DNA of 59,085 nucleotides, filler included, from Basidiobolus ranarum (Eukaryota): NCBI GenBank assembly GCA_040143965.1. It is 4 parts of 4 records of this genome, joined end to end, with 100 filler letters (N's around TTAATTAATTAA, not from the genome) between each part and the next. Parts side by side here need not be neighbours in the genome. Positions count along the whole stretch, not along the records: positions 44,444 to 59,085 come from JASJQH010007292.1; 3 more parts are not named here. One strand, 5' to 3'. Shown piece by piece: positions 51,185 to 59,085 of this stretch (position 1 is its first letter; each line of letters starts with the position of its first letter). The notes under the pieces were generated by a model. It saw only the letters and a program-made list of their open reading frames with translations, ran no database searches and was not told where the DNA came from. The position numbers and the translations under genes were made by a program.

Positions 51185-54100
51185 GATAAAATACAAAAGT
51201 TGAGTGAAATGAAGAAAGAAACAATCATGAATGATGTACGACGGCTTTCTATCAGACTTTATACCCTTGTTCGATGGGGCCGAATACAAGGTGACGAGAT
51301 ATCACAGGATCACTGATTGGATCATCATAAAAAGGGAAATTTCCCTAATTGAGCAGTTTGAGCTACACGAAGCCTCATTGTAGTCATCTCCTGTGCAAGA
51401 AATCTAATTAGAAATATGTTACTTTCTTTTTACTTTTTTCCTTCCAATGTATTCTGTATTTTGTATTTTTTAATTCCGTAGACTTGATCGCAACAACGTG
51501 GGTATTGGCAGAAGGTGGATGAGTGTAGTGGATATTGGCAGAGGGTGGACCCACCTCGTATGATTAGCGGGGAAGTAGGGGAGCGCACCTTAAAGAATGG
51601 TGCAAATATCCGCATCAAGAAGATGAATCTGTGTGAGTGAGCAGGTGTGCGTTCATGTCTATGTAGACTGGGCTGTTACTCAAACAAGATACATGATTCA
51701 ACATTCAGCCGAGAAAAGGTTCAGGGAGACTAGGTCGGCACCCCTCTGATCTGGCTAGAATTGAACTGTGAACGAATCTCTCAAACTCTAAAAAGGCGCG
51801 CCCATGACTCTGAAATGACTAGGGTGGAGAAATAGATACACAATCGCAATCGCTCAAACAAAGAGCTCACCTATTTCACCGGCGCAGGTGGTGCATATGT
51901 AAATTTAGACAAGTCACCCTCAAACGTGATTTGCTACCGAAACATCTCAGTTACTTTATAATTGGATAGAATCGCCCCCATCAGCCCATATCCACAGCCT
52001 GAATTGGTCTGGAATGATAAGTATAATATGGTCATCCACTTTGGCCATCCTAATTGTAGCTTCATGGCGTTTAGGGTTCGACCTTTAGTAATATATATAT
52101 ACGTGCGTCTGTGATATTGATACAACAAACGAAGCCATGGATATTAATGAAGAGTTAGGGTTAGGACTAGACATTGTTAGAGTGACTATGACAATCATCG
52201 CCTAATACTAACGCCGATCAGCAATTTCTTAATTGGCCAATGATGCATATTTTCAGTAGTGATGATATACGTATGGTGATGAGTGGAATAAACCCTGATA
52301 GACCAATACCAAGCCCTGATAGACCAATACTATTGCAGGAGCCAAGTCCTTTTTAAGTTGTATCACTGGTGAGATAAGTCTTCCTTCGTGGGTAAGGGCC
52401 GTTTGGGATTGATGTTGGCCAATGTAAAGAGAGGATGTCTGTCCATTGGAAAACAATTACACTGAGATCAGTTTTCACTGCACTCACGTTCACTAAAGCA
52501 AAAGGAATGTAAGTGAGGGGGCATTGTTTCTCAGCGGTCGTTCAGTTTGTACATGGAATGATAGCATGTTTAAGCTAACTCAATGAATTTGGCGTAACTA
52601 CTGGGATTTAGTAATCATGGACTCACTTAATGTCTATTTCCTCCCCATAAAGTGAAACACAGATGTTTAAGCATTATTAGGGTTTTTTTTTCTGTTGAGC
52701 TATTATACGTGACTGGCTGGATGGCAGCGCGTAATTAATATCTTTGCCTAATATATCTTTTCACTGGAAAAATCACCTCAATCTTACAATTTAAGCTAGG
52801 TGCTACGGTTAGGAGCATAATTGGTAATTCGTGCGATAATGATTTAAGCCTGGAAAATAGAAATGGAATTCTGTGATTGTCCTAATCTTTGTGTTAAATG
52901 GTTTTAAATGGGTGCTCACTTGATAGGTGGGATTTCAACATAACCAAATAACTTAAACGATATCCTGCCAAATCATTGAGGGCGAGGATGGGGATGGGGA
53001 TGAGAATGTAAAGCCCTCAAAATGATTTCTTTAATTGATGTGCAGCGATTGTGTAGAGCTGATGTACACAGCTGGCCGTTGCTAAATATAAAAGCAATTA
53101 TGCTCATTGCCAAGGAGTAGCTATTTATCAATATAATTGAATCCATGCACGTCATCAAATGATTAAATACCGATGATCGTCATACTGAGACTCTAATGGT
53201 CAGTACACACAGCTTCCAGTTGGGTGATTTTATGCAGCACCCTCCAGTATGATGATTCTACAAGCCTGTACCAGTCAGGTGTGAAGATTGCTAGAAACAA
53301 GTTCCCTAACTTGATCCCGAATATCTGGTAACCTATTTGGTGAATCAAAGTGAGGCTTGCGTTTCAACAAGACCTGTATGTATCAAATAACACCTTTGTT
53401 GAATTCATCGGAAGCTAGATTAAACTAATGCGCCAATTATTTACCCTTTGGATGCATCTCTGGTGTGCACTTTGCATTTGTAGTAATTTGTTTGTCATAT
53501 ATGTCCAACACAAACTAGCAAATCAGAAAGCTGGAATAATCAATGCATTGGTAACTAGCGAGAACGTTACAGACAAGAGATTTCCAATATCGTATGTGCT
53601 ATGTCTAAGGCGGATAAGAACTAAATGGATGCGTGTGAGAAGATTCATTACCAAGAGAAGTTCATTGAGTGATGGAATTTCCATAATTAGGATCTAGAGC
53701 CATTTCGTTTTCTAATGAAGAAAAGTCCATTTAGATGCTACGATTGCAAAGAATGCCATCAAATCAAAGAATACGCTGTTTGAGGGAGTCAATGGCAGAG
53801 TTGCTGTTTTTGTAAATCTGTATTGGAAGTCCTTGTAACTGGTTTTGGTCTGTAAGAGTCACCAACAATGGATTTAATATCACCACCGATATTCATTCTT
53901 ATGGTAGCGTTTTCTGGGAATCGTGGATGCTTGGCTACTGAGAATGTTGAAGTTTTACAAGTATTGCACATGTATTGCGCATGTATGGGACTACCTAGTT
54001 AATCCATTTATAAGCATAAAATTTCGTTAATTTATTTCATATTTGATGTTGGTGTAGAAATGACAAGTTAGTATTCAATTTCTCATTTTCCCTTTCCAAC

Positions 54101-54472
54101 TAAAAATATGAATCTTTATCCAACTTTGACATATTCACCCACTCACCCCACCTCTTGTTCCCTTTGTAGTATCAATTATTCTGTAATACATTTTACATTG
54201 TTATTGTGACTATGAAAAGTCCACTAAACAAAAGATCCAACTACCATCCAATGGTGTGTTAGTACAAATATTATGTGATCATGGATTATTTACTGCAACT
54301 ACGCCGCAATCCATATAAACACGTGAACTACTCGAGATCAGTGTTGTTATGATTTTGATCACCTAATGTGAATATTCTAATGAATTTCAAAATCAATATC
54401 CTGCTATCACCATTCTAAATACTCGTTCCATATCCCGCAGCAGACACTACTTTACTACCAATAACTCGAAGA

Positions 54473-56416
54473 ATGGAGTCAAGAAGATCTTCTAGGTATT
54501 CATTTATTTAAAAAGAGATATTGGTCCCATTTATTTATCACCCTGTAATAGACCCAAAAAGCAAGTCGATTATACCATTAACTTGGAAACTGGAATATTT
54601 CACAACAATAAACCAAAGAGTCTCGATAATATGCCAGGTAATGTATTGGAAATACCATCACCCCTTCGATTGAAATAGTTATATTAAAAGAAAGAGTTGT
54701 GTTTTATTATAGATGACTTTGATGATTTTCGTTTAGAAGGAAATGAACGTAAAAAAATCGTCGATTCTGTACTGAAAGAAACACTTGAGACTAACAATAA
54801 GTAAACCTCCATTTCATTCTCCCTTTTCCTTTTATTTGAAAAGTTTGGTTTTTGAAGTGTTAATATTTATTATTTCTTATAACATAATAGAGAATCAAAA
54901 CGTCCACGTTTATCTGCTACGGAGAGAAAAGAACAAGCGGACCTTAAAAAAGCGTTGGAACTCTCTATGGTGGAAGAAGATTGTTTAGATAAAGGAAAAG
55001 TGGAACGTACTTTCGTTAAGGATATTTGGGCCGATCCCAACTTCTTTGGTAACCAGGAACGTCAACCTTCTCGTCGTAAAGAACGTAATTCTTCCAAAAG
55101 TGGTATCAATTCTGATACGCCATCTTCCAACAAACAAGAAACTTCAAATTCTTCTTCCAACACATCTTCCCAATCAACTGGTCAATCGAATCAAGTCACG
55201 GTCGATTCACTCCCGTTAAAGTCTATGGAAAAATCACCAAAACAGAAGAGTAAAAATTCAACACCTAGTTCAAAAGGTAATCAAATCTACTTTTCATTGT
55301 TAATCGATTCGTAAGTTAATCCCAGGAAATTTTAGAAATCGAGGATCTATTTGATGATGGAGATTTAAGTGATTCTAACGTAATAGATATCGTAAGTGAT
55401 GATGAAATGGCTTTGGTTCCCGAGGGAAAACGGAAATCAAAACCCTCTGGTCACATAGCTAAATTGGAATCCTCAGTACCTAAGAGTAATCAACCTGAGA
55501 ACCACATCTCCGAGAGTGACAGCAAAGAGGATCTCTCACATGGTTCTTCTTCAGTGGAAAATAAAGAGTTGGGTACAGTGGTCCCGTCTACAACAACCGA
55601 AATCAATATCGTTATCCCCAAAGTACGCCATAATACAGATTTGAACTTAGATATTGATGTTAATGATGCCAAAACTACTCCAAAGCGAAGATCCCCTCGT
55701 TCTGCACGAAAAAAGCAAACGAACACCACCAAATCAGATGATGCCAACGACAGTGAATTTGAACTTAACGAGCCGAACACAAAACGAAACCCAAAGTCGA
55801 CACCTAAGCCAATTTACAATTTGGACGATGTGAATGGTGAAAGTGAAAGTGAGTTCGAAGAGAAAGCACCCAAATCTAAACGAAAGATCAAATCCCCATC
55901 AAAACCCAAAGTTAAGAAAGTAGCAACACCCAAATCTCGAAAGATTGACAACGATGCCGATTCTGAGATTGGACATCCTCATACAGACGAGCTCTCTATG
56001 GATGCCGAAATAGAGGAAAGGACCAGTGATGTAGAAGATGAAGAATATCTACAGGGATCTCCTAATGACCCTAAAACCCCTAAAAACACTCGAACAAACA
56101 AGTCACGTACAACTCAGCTCAACATCACTCCTTCCAATAATACACCAAGTAGAACCCCTTCTGTAGGATTAAAGGTGTCTAGTTCTGTAAAGCCACTTTT
56201 ATTAACTAAGCCCACCGTTCAAACCAACAGCAGTAAATACCTGATTATTTGTATTATTGATTTACTTGAGCATGTTCTAATATCTATGTTACAGATGCTA
56301 GTGCTCGCAGCCCAGTAGTTTCAGGTGGACCAGCCCGGGTTGGGTTGTCAAGAAAGCACAAATTTAAACCACTACATCCATATTTACAATCGCCATCAAA
56401 AGTATCCCAGTCATAG
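54473..56416 (+). CDS. Disordered protein with RAD51AP1-type C-terminal RAD51-interaction motif, UIM-like and SIM-like motifs
   Basis: Six exons joined in phase by GT-AG introns (about 54473-54495, 54552-54637, 54713-54800, 54891-55276, 55336-56233, 56295-56416). N-term SRPKKQVDY...DDFDDF; EQADLKKALELSMVEE; VIDIVSDDE; C-term RVGLSRKHKFKPLHP. Confidence 0.75.
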
Positions 56417-56629
56417 TATAGAATGCGGCTTTACAAAATATGTCGATTTCTCACCAAATCTGGAGACATGTATCATAGAGATCAAGAGACTTTTTTAGAT
56501 GAAATTCGCAGCAATTGTAAATATGAATTACGTTCTTCCATTTAAACTACTTGGCAGATTCTATATTTAAGCATACACATTCCATTTCTAATAAAAGCTA
56601 CTTCGCTTTTATTTGAAATGTTCATTAAA

Positions 56630-57624
56630 TTAGAGTACTTCACCCATTCGCATATTAACGAATTTGTTACGTTTGCTGAAGCTGTATTTAATTTGGTTAT
56701 TGTCTAAAAACGAAACCCTAAAAGAATATGATTGTAAATATGATATGCGTTGTAGATATAGTTCAAGCCATATAACTTACAGTTTCTCTTTGGCGACTTC
56801 AGCATCTTCTGATTCCAATTCTACTTCGTAACCTCTTCCAAAAGGAAACTGACGAAATGTTAATCGATCTAGAGTTATTCTTCAATATCAATGTAAACAA
56901 CAACGTACTTCGGTATTATCTACTGCCAAAATATACTCTTCCCACTCGTAAAGTTTTCTCAGGGTATTGTAGTATCCAACCAATTTGTATGAATTGACAG
57001 GATAATTCTTAATAATGCTGTCTAGAAGTGGACTCCTAGTATTTACAAAGAATATGAGCAAAAATAGAGATATTTTTGGAAACAGGCATGACCAGTACTT
57101 TGAGGAGTATTGAGAAATAGAGTTAGGATTCTTAACAATGTCATCTACCACGTCATATTCAAAAGATTCTTCCGTCTAAAAAGATACTCCAAAAGATTAC
57201 TAATAGAAGCGAATATCTATAAAAAATTCAGAAAAATTGACAAACCTCCTGAACTCGAGAAATACCAGCTTCTAATATCGCATTACCTTTCAAGGTAATT
57301 TTTGCGGCCATTTGTTTGGTTGATTGAGAAAGAGTGCTCTTTGATATTTTGCGAAGACGGAAAACTGTGCGTTGTTGTTCACTAATTTGATACGAATGAG
57401 TCAATTGTTTGCTTTTGTATTTGATAGAAAAGTAGAAATCTAGGATATATAGGAAAGTCTTATTTACTTCTTTATGAGTAAAAAATAACTTACAGCTCAT
57501 GTTCACTTCCATCGAAATAATAGTTTTCTTGTTGTTCAATTGCCTTGGGTGGTTTCCCTAAACATGCCTCAAAATTTTCAAGATCTTCAGCAGATTGAAA
57601 CCGGATCTTTATTTCAACCTCCAT
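56630..57624 (-). CDS. CYTH / triphosphate tunnel metalloenzyme, TTM3-like (multi-exon)
   Basis: MEVEIKIR (ExExK), QENYYFDG, FRLR, ITLKG...GISRVQE/TEE, GYYNTLRKLYEW, VDNTE/FPFGRGYEVELES, C-term SKRNKF..MRMGEVL-stop at 56630. Confidence 0.88.
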
Positions 57625-58942
57625 TGGATTCAATACAGAAGTAGAAGGATATCGAAGTCTAGAGGTGAATGCAAGTAGACAGCGAGTTGTGAGTTTCATG
57701 TCTAGTAAATGATTAATTTGATTGATTATCTAAACCAAATAAATATATAAGCATAGATTATGAATCACCAACCTAGTGTGTGGTTCATTGGTGAGGGGTT
57801 GACTTCGCGTCCTTATTAGGCGAGATTCGCATGAGGTCGGAGAGAATAAACTAGTTTAAGGGGCACTAATGCTGTGATTTCTCAAACATATGAGTTTAGA
57901 TGATTCTATTTTTTCAAAGATTTCCAAGGAGACAATTATGAGTTTACAATCATGGTTCTCAAGACATCGAACTCTAAAAGATACGGGCTAAGCCACCGAT
58001 GGCAACTGTTGTTGGTGGACAGTTCGATGAAAACAATTTGTCTTAAAAGAATATGCAATATGTTACAATGTTCATGGAGAGGTGGAGTAAGAGACCAGGC
58101 ACATTGATCAAAGCACTCTTTGGGACGTGGATGTATGTGTAAATGTGTATGTGTAAATGATTCATTTCAATCTGCAACTGACCCAAGAGATATTAAAGAT
58201 ATCATTTGTCTCGCACATTTCTACATGAACGTTTCAGGAAATATTTCAAGTTACATCCATGCACTAAGAGTTGCTACGAATCAGTGACATTATATCTCAA
58301 TCAATGAGGAGGATTCACGGATTCACGTAAGAGATGGACATGGATGTGAGTTTGGTCACTCTAAGACAGGTGCTTTGCCTCCACCCTAACTGTTCTCCTC
58401 CATATACCTAGCCACGTATCAGAATAGTAATCAATTAGTCGTTAGCTGAACTTGTCGTTAGGTCTAGATTGTGGGTGTGAGACTATGACGTGAAACCACT
58501 TAATAGAATTGATTGATTTCACTGGTGGCTAAGCTAAAACGATACAACGAGAAAGAACAAAGTACCAAATTTCCTCCGCGGCTACGGGTACGATTGTGGT
58601 TACGGTTACGATTACGATTACAGTCATATCAATCAGGATACAAATCAAGTGGCATTCTTGTCCATCACGCATATAGTATTGAATTGACTCCCAATTCCAA
58701 TTCTAGCTAACGTGTAGGTATATTTGCAATGACTAAAACCGGAAGGGAAATGGACGTTTCGGTGTGGGCTTAAGTACGCTTAAAGGCACTCCAATTCACT
58801 TGAAACACATAAATCTTCTACTGATTCAGGAGTAAGAGTGAGCTTAATTAGTAAATAAAGTAATGATACCTAGTGTGGAGTGGCCAAGCACTCAATTGAA
58901 AATCCGGGAGAAACCATCACATTTAGCAACTAACTCGGTGAA

Positions 58943-59038
58943 ACAATGTCAACACTATACAATGGAAATACTATACAATGTCAACACTATACAATGGAAA
59001 TACTATACAATGTCAACACTATACAATGGAAATACTAT
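58943..59038. repeat. Tandem repeat, 3 x 32 bp, built from two alternating 16-bp variants
   Basis: (ACAATGTCAACACTAT ACAATGGAAATACTAT) x3. Confidence 0.95.
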
Positions 59039-59085
59039 ATGCCACAATCTTCACAAACACCTTTCTGGTGCGTTCATGCTAGACT

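Noticed and set aside
53428-53971. Short ORFs including a CxxC-containing 60-aa ORF
   Set aside because: A single CxxC with no further domain support; could be a decayed fragment but not demonstrable.
58865-58920. tRNA D-arm-like stretch (GTGTGGAGTGGCCAAGCAC)
   Set aside because: No T-loop (GTTCRA) or acceptor stem could be formed.

Overview
Eukaryotic, AT-rich, intron-rich fungal DNA. The short GT-AG introns and gene content suggest an early-diverging, non-Dikarya fungus (inference). The window is four contigs of about 14.7 kb joined by artificial 100-bp N-TTAATTAATTAA-N spacers, so adjacency across spacers means nothing. Contig 1: 7TM GPCR-like gene (absent from the ORF track), PTR2 transporter, secreted GH37 trehalase, PTC7 phosphatase, DNA polymerase kappa. 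Contig 2: an mRNA-capping guanylyltransferase homologue with a substituted catalytic KxDG motif and a ~1000-aa disordered tail, LeuA-type isopropylmalate synthase, CreA/Mig1-like factor, RPL4. Contig 3: divergent HSP20 pair, GINS Sld5, Thr-rich secreted protein, two-finger GATA factor, pyruvate carboxylase. Contig 4: Gly/Tyr-repeat fragment, Cys-rich secreted precursor, GCN5, Pho80/Pcl cyclin, a RAD51AP1/NUCKS1-like protein and a plant-TTM3-like CYTH enzyme. The two most interesting signals are the apparent pseudo-capping enzyme and the fungal RAD51AP1-like gene. Gene models were spliced by hand and family assignments are from remembered motifs, with no database searches.
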